Source of the DNA: a virus
Direction: 5' to 3' (one strand)
IMG/VR virus record: IMGVR_UViG_3300045988_023748
Length of the DNA stretch: 64,000 bases
The notes under the pieces were generated by a model that was not told where the DNA came from, searched no databases, and saw only the letters and a list, made by a program, of their open reading frames with translations. A program made the translations under genes and the position numbers. Shown here piece after piece: positions 1 to 7,488 of the stretch; positions within the stretch are counted from its first letter, which is position 1; each line of letters opens with the position of its first letter.

Positions 1-24
1 CCAGTAATCATGTAACAGTGATGT

Positions 25-49
25 GTGGGTTGGAGTCCCACTGCTTCCT
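25..49 (+). pseudogene. tRNA 3' fragment (T-arm gtggg/ttggagt/cccac plus acceptor 3' strand) at window edge
   Basis: T-stem/loop/T-stem plus 7-nt acceptor-like tail ending cttcctc. The 5' partner would lie upstream of the window, if it exists. Confidence 0.25.
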
Positions 50-75
50 CAAAACTGTTGGTCGTGTAACAGCGA

Positions 76-103
76 TCCCAGGGTTCGAATCCCTGTCCTT
101 CCT
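76..103 (+). pseudogene. second tandem tRNA 3' fragment (T-arm cagggttcgaatccctg plus tccttcc)
   Basis: Canonical TTCGAAT T-loop with a 5-bp stem. No complementary 5' acceptor within 90 nt upstream. It is a near-duplicate of the fragment at 25-49, and both are preceded by tgtaacag(t/c)g. Confidence 0.3.
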
Positions 104-128
104 CTTATTAATTTATTAATGAAAGATT

Positions 129-455
129 ATGAAATTGAAATTTAAACACGTTGATCAGCTCAGTAACAATAAGAAAGCAAGAGTAGCTTACAGAGTCATA
201 AGATTGTTACCAGAGGAACCTGTATTGAACGCATTCTTTGATTCCGAAGATGTCCCTGAGAACTTAGAACTTGCTGTTAGAGCCAGACATAAAGAAGCTG
301 AAGAGCTTATGAATGTTAATCTTCCAAAACTTCCTAGGAAGATGAAGAAGAGACTTAAACGTCTTATTGGGACATTATACAATGGTTATAGTCTAGCTGT
401 TGCTATATTAGACAATGAACGTGACACTATATCCAACGAAGTACAGCAAGGATAA
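129..455 (+). CDS. hypothetical protein (lysine-rich, 108 aa)
   Basis: ORF track. Follows the tRNA-like fragments. Confidence 0.4.
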   Translation: MKLKFKHVDQLSNNKKARVAYRVIRLLPEEPVLNAFFDSEDVPENLELAVRARHKEAEELMNVNLPKLPRKMKKRLKRLIGTLYNGYSLAVAILDNERDTISNEVQQG

Positions 456-702
456 CAGCCGTTTGCATGCTATTCTAATTAATAAGTTTAAGGGAAAGCG
501 CACACCTATATTATACGGGTATTTCTCATTTGTTAAAGAACAATTCTACATATCTAATACAGCACCTGGTGTGCGTCTCACGTATGAAATACGAACAGAA
601 CTTATTAAGGAGCTGAGAAGGTTTCACTGGAATTATTCCTATAACATGGATGCTAAAGCTTATAGAGATTGGCTAAAGTATCACAGTGTATTTAACTATT
701 AA
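415..702 (+). CDS. hypothetical protein (95 aa)
   Basis: ORF track. Overlaps the previous ORF in another frame. Confidence 0.3.
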   Translation: MNVTLYPTKYSKDNSRLHAILINKFKGKRTPILYGYFSFVKEQFYISNTAPGVRLTYEIRTELIKELRRFHWNYSYNMDAKAYRDWLKYHSVFNY

Positions 703-759
703 AATTTAATTATCGTATGAAGACAATCAATTTATCGGGACTAGATATGAAGAAATTCA

Positions 760-1107
760 TTGGTACTGGTTACAATCCAAGTCAGGACATTGTTAATATT
801 AATGGACGAGACGATGGAAGAACTAAACATGAAAGAATCAAGAATTCACAGAAACAAATTGTGGAGGAACCTAAAGAAAGACCAGAAGTATATTACTAGG
901 ATTAAACGGTCATTTCCGCATTGGTATATCTGTAGCAGTAATAAGTGGCGTAAAGCAATAAGCTGGACTGAACTTTATAATGCTAAGAATACCTTTAGGT
1001 TTAAAACCATGAGTACTCCCTGTAGTTGTGCAATATGTAAGGGAGAAAGATATAACAGATTGCAATATAAAAGGACTACTAAAGAACTGATAGCTTTATG
1101 TTCATAA
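760..1107 (+). CDS. hypothetical protein (115 aa, Cys-containing C-terminus)
   Basis: ORF track. Overlaps 717..899. Confidence 0.3.
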   Translation: MVLVTIQVRTLLILMDETMEELNMKESRIHRNKLWRNLKKDQKYITRIKRSFPHWYICSSNKWRKAISWTELYNAKNTFRFKTMSTPCSCAICKGERYNRLQYKRTTKELIALCS

Positions 1108-1120
1108 AATAGTATCGCCT

Positions 1121-1169
1121 AAGAAGACATACAGCAGGTGTCATGTTACATATGATTACAATGTCTTCT
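1121..1169 (+). repeat. conserved hairpin element (AAGAAGAC stem with ACAGCAG-containing loop) directly upstream of a tRNA 5' end
   Basis: Inverted repeat aagaagacat...atgtcttct. The same stem and loop motif recur at 6155-6196 and 7489-7528, each time ending 5-7 nt before a tRNA(-like) 5' acceptor. Confidence 0.6.
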
Positions 1170-1175
1170 GTTAAT

Positions 1176-1209
1176 GCCTCGATAGTTTAAGGGATAGAAC
1201 AGTGGCCTT
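1176..1209 (+). tRNA. 5' half of split tRNA-Arg(UCU)-like gene (acceptor, D-arm, 5' anticodon stem)
   Basis: gcctcga ta gttt aagggata gaac a gtggc ctt folds as acceptor plus D-arm plus anticodon-stem 5' strand. The acceptor is complementary (2 G-U) to tcggggt at 1986-1992, and gtggc is the exact complement of gccac at 1960-1964. Confidence 0.4.
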
Positions 1210-1955
1210 CATACGGCTGGTGAGTCCGCAACTCACTGTTATTAATTTCAACAAAACATCCATTTACTTGTTTAATTCGTAATAGATTCGTATCTTTGAG
1301 GTACGAATTTCTAATTTAGACGAATATGACAAGTAAATGGATTGACGAGAAAGCTCAGCTTGAGCATTTAATTTTGGTAGATAAGCTCAGTTATGAGGAA
1401 ATAGGAAGAAGATATGGTTGTTCAGGTACTAATATTAAAAATGTAGCGCGTAGACTTGGCATAGAGCTACCAGTTAAACGTAAAATTAATCCTAAAGAAA
1501 CATTCAATAGGAAGTACAAATACTGTTTAAACTGTGGTGCAGAACTTATTAGTTATAACGGAAGTTATGGCAAGTACTGCGGCCCTAAATGTCAATTTAA
1601 ACATGCTCATATGCTTGCTTACAAGAAGCTTTTGGACGGTGATGAAAGTATAATGAGAGCTAACTACTCTCCTAAGGCTTTCAAGAAAGATATTCTAAAG
1701 GAGCAAGGTGGAGTATGTGCTATATGTGGTATGAAGCCTATCTGGAATGGTAAAGAGCTGGTCTTTATCATTGATCATATAGACGGACATGCATCTAACA
1801 ATCGTAGAGATAATTTACGATGCATATGTCCTAACTGTGATTCACAGCTTGATACTTATAAGTCTAAGAACAAGTGTGGAGAACGTTCCTACTACCGTTA
1901 CCATAAAAATGAAATTAATAACAATAAGGATTAGGTTCGACTCCTAGTTCTTATA
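1210..1955 (+). mobile_element. ~745-nt insertion (candidate intron) in the tRNA anticodon loop carrying an HNH endonuclease gene and an internal TATCTTTG promoter box
   Basis: Lies between the two matching tRNA halves. Contains the HNH ORF 1326..1934, a TAnnTTTG -7 box at 1291-1298, and an extra T-arm-like piece at 1935-1958. Confidence 0.4.
1326..1934 (+). CDS. HNH homing endonuclease with N-terminal HTH
   Basis: HTH-like LSYEEIGRRYGCSGTNIKNVARRLGI, and an HNH/Zn motif CAICG...DHIDGHASNNRRDNLRCICPNCD. Confidence 0.7.
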   Translation: MTSKWIDEKAQLEHLILVDKLSYEEIGRRYGCSGTNIKNVARRLGIELPVKRKINPKETFNRKYKYCLNCGAELISYNGSYGKYCGPKCQFKHAHMLAYKKLLDGDESIMRANYSPKAFKKDILKEQGGVCAICGMKPIWNGKELVFIIDHIDGHASNNRRDNLRCICPNCDSQLDTYKSKNKCGERSYYRYHKNEINNNKD

Positions 1956-1993
1956 CTAAGCCACATATCTGCGTTCGAATCGCAGTCGGGGTA
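1956..1993 (+). tRNA. 3' half of split tRNA-Arg(UCU)-like gene (anticodon stem 3' strand, variable loop, T-arm, acceptor)
   Basis: ctaa gccac atat ctgcg ttcgaat cgcag tcggggt a. The T-arm is perfect, and both the acceptor and the anticodon stem pair with the 5' half at 1176-1209. A mature anticodon loop would read cttctaa (UCU). Confidence 0.4.
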
Positions 1994-2018
1994 CTTATTA
2001 ACTAATAATTAAAAATGT

Positions 2019-2228
2019 ATGATGCTGATTATTTATATTATCGGATGTGTAGTTGCTTTGATGGCTGTGTGTTTCTATGAATATCGTGACTATAAGAGAA
2101 ATTCTAATTACACTTACAACTTGTGTGACTTATTAATGGAATTAACTCTTGTAATAACTTCATGGATTGGTGTTATTGCAGTTATAGTATTTGTATCTCC
2201 AGGTATAGTGATGTTTAGAAAGAAGTAG
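2019..2228 (+). CDS. small membrane protein (tandem paralog 1)
   Basis: ORF track. Hydrophobic, with a SWIGVIAVIVFVS segment shared with the next ORF. Confidence 0.4.
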   Translation: MMLIIYIIGCVVALMAVCFYEYRDYKRNSNYTYNLCDLLMELTLVITSWIGVIAVIVFVSPGIVMFRKK

Positions 2229-2229
2229 T

Positions 2230-2457
2230 ATGTTGTTCTTATGGATTTATTCGGCTGGATGCATTGCTACTTTATTACGTACCATAATCGGATTAATTAT
2301 TGAGTACAAAGTAAGGCAAAGAAATAAAGAACGTTACGAGTTCGACTATGGAATGTTACTAGTTCTGACACTGTTTGTAATTAGCTCCTGGATAGGTGTA
2401 ATGATCGTAGTATCTAGTAGTAGCGAAGATGTGTACAGGTACTTAACTAAGAAGTAA
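2230..2457 (+). CDS. small membrane protein (tandem paralog 2)
   Basis: SSWIGVMIVVSSS is similar to the previous ORF. Tandem duplication. Confidence 0.4.
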   Translation: MLFLWIYSAGCIATLLRTIIGLIIEYKVRQRNKERYEFDYGMLLVLTLFVISSWIGVMIVVSSSSEDVYRYLTKK

Positions 2458-2646
2458 CAAAGCATATAAAATGAATAATAGGTTATTAGACCGGTAAATA
2501 ACCTTCCGTAAGCAATCGGACGTTGAGAGTTGATAGCCCTACGATAGTGTGGCTACATACGGGCTGTGTAGTGTAATCCGGGAGCACATCATCCTTGCAA
2601 GATGAAGGAGGAGTTCAAATCTCACACGGTCCACTATTAAACTAAA

Positions 2647-3153
2647 TTGAATAATATGAGTGAAGAACTACTTGAAGTATCATGTGAACAGTATGAAAAA
2701 GAATTGGAATCGCTTAACGAGGTAAAAGAAGAGGTTGATAATTTATTATCACACCGTAAAGCTCTCAAGTCTTTAAATTGGATGTTTTATGCTAATACAG
2801 TTGTATTAATTGCTACTGTAACTCACAGTATCTTATGTTATATAAATGAAGCATTCACTACTACTACACTTATATGTGCATTAGTAGTGTTATACTGTAA
2901 TTATTCAATCCATAAGTACTATAAGAGAAACAACGATAGGATAGCCATTATTAATAAAGTTGGGGAAAGCTACAATAGATGTCTTGAACTACTAGAATAC
3001 TTGATAGCGGTATTAAACGAACTTGACGAGACTGATAACCGAGACAAGTTTGTAGAAGACGTAGGAGAAGACTTAGCACTAGCCATTCTAGAATACGAGA
3101 TGTGTAAACAAGTATTTGCAAATGCAGTGCGCGAAGGTTACGAGAATGAGTAA
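2647..3153 (+). CDS. hypothetical membrane/coiled-coil protein (168 aa)
   Basis: ORF track. A central hydrophobic stretch with acidic termini. Confidence 0.45.
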   Translation: MNNMSEELLEVSCEQYEKELESLNEVKEEVDNLLSHRKALKSLNWMFYANTVVLIATVTHSILCYINEAFTTTTLICALVVLYCNYSIHKYYKRNNDRIAIINKVGESYNRCLELLEYLIAVLNELDETDNRDKFVEDVGEDLALAILEYEMCKQVFANAVREGYENE

Positions 3154-3162
3154 CTATATATG

Positions 3163-3236
3163 GTGTTATTAGCTCAGTTGGTTAGAGCACTTGATTGTGG
3201 TTCAAGAGGTCGTCAGTTCGATTCTGACATAACACC
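3163..3236 (+). tRNA. tRNA-His(GUG) with encoded G-1 at 3162
   Basis: Full cloverleaf: acceptor gtgttat/ataacac, D-arm gctc-agttggtta-gagc, anticodon arm cttga-ttGTGgt-tcaag, T-arm gtcag-ttcgatt-ctgac. An extra 5' G is opposite the C73 discriminator. Confidence 0.85.
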
Positions 3237-3319
3237 CTTAGTATCTTATAGACATAATATTAACTTTAAAATTAATTTCCAGTTTGTTTCATTGTTTATT
3301 ATTCACTAAGATACTATAA

Positions 3320-3511
3320 TGCCGAGGATGTGGTCTAGGTGAAAGTCCTAGAGGTGGATGTGGATACGTTGCGTGACACGGTAATGGGAGTAGGTGCGAT
3401 GGCAGTCTGTATGGCGCCTTTAAGATTGTACAGCACTGAAGGATTTGGGTTGTCCAAAGCAACTGGCGTAATAAAGCATAAAATCCAGTGAAGACGTATG
3501 TGTAGGCAGTA
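3320..3511 (+). ncRNA. GC-richer structured non-coding segment of unknown identity between tRNA-His and tRNA-Phe
   Basis: ~190 nt with no convincing + ORF and several local hairpins (ggtctaggtgaaagtcctagag). Preceded by a tataat box. The only track ORF here is on the minus strand and looks spurious. Confidence 0.3.
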
Positions 3512-3586
3512 TGGGACAGTAGCGCAGGTGGTCAGTTCGCGCTGGACTGAAAATCCAGAGATGATGGTTCGACTCCATCCTGTCCC
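3512..3586 (+). tRNA. tRNA-Phe(GAA)
   Basis: Acceptor gggacag/ctgtccc, anticodon arm ctgga-ctGAAaa-tccag, T-arm gatgg-ttcgact-ccatc. The D-arm is slightly atypical. Confidence 0.8.
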
Positions 3587-3619
3587 ACTATTTATTAACA
3601 AGATTAAATTATTAACAAG

Positions 3620-4138
3620 ATGAGTGATGTGTATTATATCATAGGTGGCGTTGCCTATGGTATCTTTATCTTGCAATTCATAATATCATGGGTTGCAGGT
3701 GAACTTGATGTTGATGTGGACTTCGATGGAGATGCCGATTTCGACATTGGTGATGTTGTTTCATTTAAAGGTCTTATTCACTTCCTGATGGGATTTGGAG
3801 GATGGACTTCTATTAAACAACTACTAGGTTATGAGATAACCTGGATTGATTGGTTAATAGGATTCTTTATAGGTCTTGTATTTGTGTTTATGCTGTATCA
3901 TTTATATAAATTCTGTATGAAATTACAGAACTTTCCAACCGACGAACCTCTTGTATACTTAGCAGGAAGACCAGCTAGAATATATGTTCGCTTAGATGAT
4001 AAACGCTATTTAGCTTTTATAAATATAAGTGGAGCATCTAGAGAAGTAGAACTCGTTTCTATTTCAGGTACTTCATATGCGGTTAATCAAGTAGTTACAA
4101 TTCGTGAGGTTATGGATAACACATTGTACATAGATTAA
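3620..4138 (+). CDS. NfeD-like membrane protein (N-terminal TM helices, C-terminal beta-barrel-like domain)
   Basis: Two or three hydrophobic segments, then an acidic linker and a soluble C-terminus. Sits immediately upstream of an SPFH gene, as in nfeD-stomatin and yuaF-floT operons. Confidence 0.5.
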   Translation: MSDVYYIIGGVAYGIFILQFIISWVAGELDVDVDFDGDADFDIGDVVSFKGLIHFLMGFGGWTSIKQLLGYEITWIDWLIGFFIGLVFVFMLYHLYKFCMKLQNFPTDEPLVYLAGRPARIYVRLDDKRYLAFINISGASREVELVSISGTSYAVNQVVTIREVMDNTLYID

Positions 4139-4149
4139 AGACTCATAAG

Positions 4150-6138
4150 ATGGAAATGACAACATTAATTATCGTAGGAGTAATTGTATTAATAGCAATT
4201 ATTACTATCATTGGGATTTTATCTCGTTATCGTAAATGTAAATCTGATGAACTATTAGTAGTTTATGGTAAAACTGGTTCTCACAAAGAGAAGGTAAATG
4301 AACTTGATGCCAAAGGGAACCAAGTTAGTAGGGAAGTAGAAATCAAAACTGCTAGAGTTTATCACGGTGGAGCTGCATTTGTATGGCCTATCATTCAGGG
4401 ATATGAAGTAATGTCAATGCGTCCTATTCAGTTGAATTTAACTCTCAAGGATGCATTATCAGCCCAGAATATTCGTGTTACTGTTCCTACTACAGTCACT
4501 GTAGCAATCAGCCAAGATCCATTAATTATGCAGAATGCTGCTAATAGATTGCTTGGCGTTGATGATACAGATAAAGAGAGTTTAATTTCAGACATTGTAT
4601 ATGGCCAAATGAGGCTTATTGTGGCTTCTATGGAAATTGAGGAACTTAATTCTAATAGAGATAAGTTCTTAACTCAAGCCAGAGACAATATTAATACTGA
4701 ATTAAACAAATTGGGTTTGTATCTGATTAATATCAATATTAGTGACATCAGAGATGCTGCTAATTATATTGAGAATTTGGGTCAGAAAGAAACTACTAAG
4801 GCTAGAGCACAGGCAGAAGCTGCTATTGCTGAAGAAGAGAAGAAAGGAGCAATTCAAATTGCCCTTACTACTAAGGAAAGGGAGACTAAAGTAGCTGAAA
4901 CTACTAGAGACCAGAAAGTAGCCATTGCTATTACTCTCAAGGATCAAGAGACTACTATTGCTGAAACTAATAAGGATAAAGCAATTAGATTAGCCGAAAC
5001 TACTAAGGAGCAGGAAGTTAAACTGTCAGAGCAGCAGAAGGAACAACGTATTGCTATTGCAGATCAACAGAAAGAGCAGGAAGTAGGAGTAGCTAAAGCT
5101 AACGCTGAGAAGCTTTCTAAGGTAGCAGAGCAGGAGTCTATTGCAATTTCTCAACAGACTGAATGGGATGCACAAGCTAAAGCTAATATGGCTAAATCTA
5201 AAGCGGAAGCAGCTGCTAAAGAACAAGAAGCTGAATCAGCTAAGCAAATTCGTATTGCTGCCGCCCAACAGAATCAGGAGGCTGAGACAATTAAAGCTGT
5301 TCAAGAGAAGGAGGCTAGGACTGCTGAATACGAGTCTGAAGCTCGTAAGAAGACAGCTGAAGCTAATAAGCAGGCTGGAGTAGCCGAGCATATGGCTACA
5401 ATTGAAGTGTCTAAGGCTAAAGGAGAAGCTGCAAAGGCTGCTGCTGATGCCGATAAGGTTGCAGGTATTTCTAAAGTGGATGCAGAAACTACTATTGCTA
5501 GAACCGAGCAAGAGAAGATTGCAGAAATTAAAGAAGCTGAAGCCAAAGCTAAAGAAGCTGAATTGAATGCAACAGTAATTGTACCCGCTAATAAGGCTAA
5601 GGAGAAAGCCATTATTGATGCTGAAGCTGTAAAGCAAGAAGCTATTCTTAAGGCAGAAGCTAAAGCTGCTGAAATTCTTAAGGAGGCAGAAGCTAAGGCA
5701 AATGCAACTCAGATGCAACTTGAAGCTGAAGCTGAAGGTACTAAGAGAAAGTTGCTTGCAGAGGCTGAAGGTAAGAGAGCATCTTTGATGGCAGAGGCAG
5801 ACAAGATTACTGCTGTTGAAATGGCTCCTGCAAAGGCAGTAGAGAAGATGATTGAATGTGGTATGACTCCACAAATGATTGTTCAATATAAGACAGTGGA
5901 TCAGCTTAAAGGCATTGCTGAAGCATCCGCAGAGATGTATGAACATATCCATCTTGGACAAGTTACTGTTTATGGTAACGAGAATACTGCTGGTAGTTTC
6001 ATGGCTAAAACAGCTGAGAATCTCAACCCAGCATTTGAACTTCTTAAGAGTATTCCTTTTAAGAAGACATTTAAAGAAATGTTTGTCGAGGATAAGAAGG
6101 ATAATCCAACCGAAGACAACTTTGAAGCTGTGAAGTAA
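4150..6138 (+). CDS. SPFH/band-7 (flotillin-like) protein with long Ala/Glu/Lys-rich coiled coil
   Basis: N-terminal TM helix, an SPFH-like core (VYHGGAAFVWPIIQGYEV...NIRVTVPTTVTVAIS), then ~350 aa of EA/KA heptad-like repeats. Confidence 0.75.
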   Translation: MEMTTLIIVGVIVLIAIITIIGILSRYRKCKSDELLVVYGKTGSHKEKVNELDAKGNQVSREVEIKTARVYHGGAAFVWPIIQGYEVMSMRPIQLNLTLKDALSAQNIRVTVPTTVTVAISQDPLIMQNAANRLLGVDDTDKESLISDIVYGQMRLIVASMEIEELNSNRDKFLTQARDNINTELNKLGLYLININISDIRDAANYIENLGQKETTKARAQAEAAIAEEEKKGAIQIALTTKERETKVAETTRDQKVAIAITLKDQETTIAETNKDKAIRLAETTKEQEVKLSEQQKEQRIAIADQQKEQEVGVAKANAEKLSKVAEQESIAISQQTEWDAQAKANMAKSKAEAAAKEQEAESAKQIRIAAAQQNQEAETIKAVQEKEARTAEYESEARKKTAEANKQAGVAEHMATIEVSKAKGEAAKAAADADKVAGISKVDAETTIARTEQEKIAEIKEAEAKAKEAELNATVIVPANKAKEKAIIDAEAVKQEAILKAEAKAAEILKEAEAKANATQMQLEAEAEGTKRKLLAEAEGKRASLMAEADKITAVEMAPAKAVEKMIECGMTPQMIVQYKTVDQLKGIAEASAEMYEHIHLGQVTVYGNENTAGSFMAKTAENLNPAFELLKSIPFKKTFKEMFVEDKKDNPTEDNFEAVK

Positions 6139-6154
6139 CAATCTTTTACAGCTT

Positions 6155-6196
6155 AAGAAGACGAACAGCATTAATAATGATACAGCAAGGTCTTCT
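6155..6196 (+). repeat. conserved hairpin element, copy 2
   Basis: aagaagac...acagca...gtcttct. Ends 6 nt before the tRNA-like 5' acceptor ggaggta at 6203. Confidence 0.55.
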
Positions 6197-6202
6197 GTAA
6201 TT

Positions 6203-6234
6203 GGAGGTATGGGTGAGTGGTCTATACCAGGGTT
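6203..6234 (+). tRNA. 5' part of a type-II tRNA-like gene (acceptor plus 3-bp D-stem with long D-loop)
   Basis: ggaggta tg ggt gagtggtctat acc a gggtt. The acceptor pairs with tgcctcc at 6805-6811 (one G-U). Its 3' end overlaps the GTG start of ORF 6217. Confidence 0.3.
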
Positions 6235-6240
6235 AAAAAT

Positions 6241-6672
6241 ATGGATACAAAAAGGTTAGGAAATATAGGTGAAGCTCTAACTCAAGCAGAGTTTGTTATG
6301 CGAGGGATTCCTTTGTATTTACCATTTGGAGAGAATGAAAAATCTGACATGATTATTGATTTAAATGGTAAATTAAAAAGAGTTCAATGTAAAACATCAG
6401 AGCAATTTATAGATAATAAAATAGTGTGGAAGTTATCAAGTAGAACAACATCAGGTTGTCATCAATACACTAAAGATGAAGTTGATTTCTTTGCACTATA
6501 TAATTTAGAATCTAAGATACACATCTTAATACCTATAGAAGATTTAAATGGAAGATATTCATTAAAAGTATCAGTTCCTTTTAAAGAATCTAAAAATCAG
6601 AGTGACCCGATTAACTGGGAAGATTATACATTTGATAAGGTATTAAAAATTCCTAAACTAGATTGTAATTAA
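6241..6672 (+). CDS. PD-(D/E)XK-fold endonuclease-like protein (Hjc/restriction-endonuclease-like)
   Basis: Motifs GNIGEA...SDMIIDL...KRVQCKTS. Probable start at ATG 6241 (the track ORF opens at GTG 6217). Lies between the two halves of a split tRNA-like gene. Confidence 0.4.
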   Translation: MDTKRLGNIGEALTQAEFVMRGIPLYLPFGENEKSDMIIDLNGKLKRVQCKTSEQFIDNKIVWKLSSRTTSGCHQYTKDEVDFFALYNLESKIHILIPIEDLNGRYSLKVSVPFKESKNQSDPINWEDYTFDKVLKIPKLDCN

Positions 6673-6758
6673 GGAGAGAGTAACCTGCAAGGAGCAGGGA
6701 TTGCCTGCTAAGCAAATCGTGCATTTCGGTGTATTGGGTTCGAAACCCAACCTCTCCG
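6673..6758 (+). tRNA. tRNA-Ser(GCU)-like (86 nt, type II), possibly degenerate
   Basis: Acceptor 6/7 bp, anticodon arm with loop cTGCTaa, T-arm ttggg-ttcgaaa-cccaa, long variable region. The D region has 4 linker nt and the variable arm pairs poorly. Confidence 0.35.
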
Positions 6759-6812
6759 CTAAGACTCCGAACCTCTAAAAGGGTTCCGCTGGTTCGAATC
6801 CAGCTGCCTCCG
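6759..6812 (+). tRNA. 3' part of split type-II tRNA-like gene (hairpin, T-arm gctgg-ttcgaat-ccagc, acceptor tgcctcc)
   Basis: Perfect T-arm and an acceptor complementary to 6203-6209. No 5' partner within 100 nt. Confidence 0.3.
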
Positions 6813-6862
6813 CGCTGATTAATGAGAGTTGTGAAATTATTATTAACCTAATTACTAAAATT

Positions 6863-7150
6863 ATGGTGAAAGTGTTAAATTCAAGGGAATTGATGAGTAG
6901 AGACTTTAAGTCTATACCCGATGCGGTTATCTTAGCTTTTAATACTTTAATAGTTAAGAATTGGAATGGTCTGGCTTCCGCGTTTAAACAATCAGATGTG
7001 ATCGCCTATATAGCATCTGATAACATAACAGAGGAAGAAGCTATTAAGAATCATTGGCTGGACGTAGAACCTATTTATAGAGCCAATGGATTCGGAGTAA
7101 AGTACGTAGGAAGAGGAAGTGATGCAGAATTCACTTTCTGGAAGGCATAA
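6863..7150 (+). CDS. hypothetical protein (95 aa)
   Basis: ORF track. Confidence 0.4.
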   Translation: MVKVLNSRELMSRDFKSIPDAVILAFNTLIVKNWNGLASAFKQSDVIAYIASDNITEEEAIKNHWLDVEPIYRANGFGVKYVGRGSDAEFTFWKA

Positions 7151-7154
7151 CGGA

Positions 7155-7228
7155 TGTCGGGTTCGTCTAATTGGATAGGACGCATGTCTCTCACACATGT
7201 AATACGGGTTCAAATCCCGTTGGGAATA
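7155..7228 (+). pseudogene. tRNA-like fragment (D-stem, anticodon arm catgt-ctCTCac-acatg, T-arm acggg-ttcaaat-cccgt) without a pairing acceptor stem
   Basis: Three arms fold, but the 3' tail tgggaat has no complementary 5' strand. The tail TTGGGAATAC recurs at 7298-7307. Confidence 0.3.
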
Positions 7229-7338
7229 CTATTAATGATTTATGCTTGTCTCATTGGCATACCAAGTTATTTGAAGAGATGGACACCTATCAATAACATT
7301 GGGAATACCTCAGCTGGCGGGAAGAGACAATACACTTA

Positions 7339-7377
7339 GGAACGGAAGTTGAATCCTGTGTCCGGGAACGGAAGTTA
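7339..7377 (+). repeat. direct repeat ggaacggaagtt x2 upstream of tRNA-Asp-like gene
   Basis: The 12-mer occurs at 7339 and 7366, 27 nt apart. Confidence 0.4.
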
Positions 7378-7399
7378 AGTGTAGGTAAGCTAGCTCTAT

Positions 7400-7471
7400 G
7401 GTGCATTGGTCTAAAGGTTAGGATACTAGACTGTCTATCTTGGGGTACGGGTTCGATTCCCGTATGCACCG
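7400..7471 (+). tRNA. tRNA-Asp(GUC)-like
   Basis: Acceptor ggtgcat/atgcacc perfect; T-arm acggg-ttcgatt-cccgt; anticodon arm ctaga-ctGTCta-tcttg with one mismatch; 72 nt. Confidence 0.55.
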
Positions 7472-7488
7472 CAATCTTTGATTTGCAT

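Noticed and set aside
1150-1260. A contiguous tRNA immediately after the hairpin at 1176
   Set aside because: The downstream sequence ggtgagtccgcaactcac does not form a canonical T-arm and no acceptor pairing exists locally. The matching 3' half is instead found at 1956-1993.
2458-2646. tRNA in the 190-nt gap before ORF 2647 (contains ggagttcaaatctcac)
   Set aside because: The T-stem would have only 3 bp and no complementary acceptor strand is present. Left as a possible degenerate element, not called.
5236-6171. Long minus-strand ORFs (5236..6171, 5301..5612, 5026..5226, 4702..4947) inside the flotillin gene
   Set aside because: Antisense reading of the GCT/GAA-rich coiled-coil repeat gives Ser/Leu/Phe low-complexity ORFs by chance. 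The + strand protein has clear domain structure.
7154-7339. Track ORF 7154..7339
   Set aside because: It overlaps a tRNA-like fragment and a repeat region and has no RBS-like context or coding look. Treated as non-coding.
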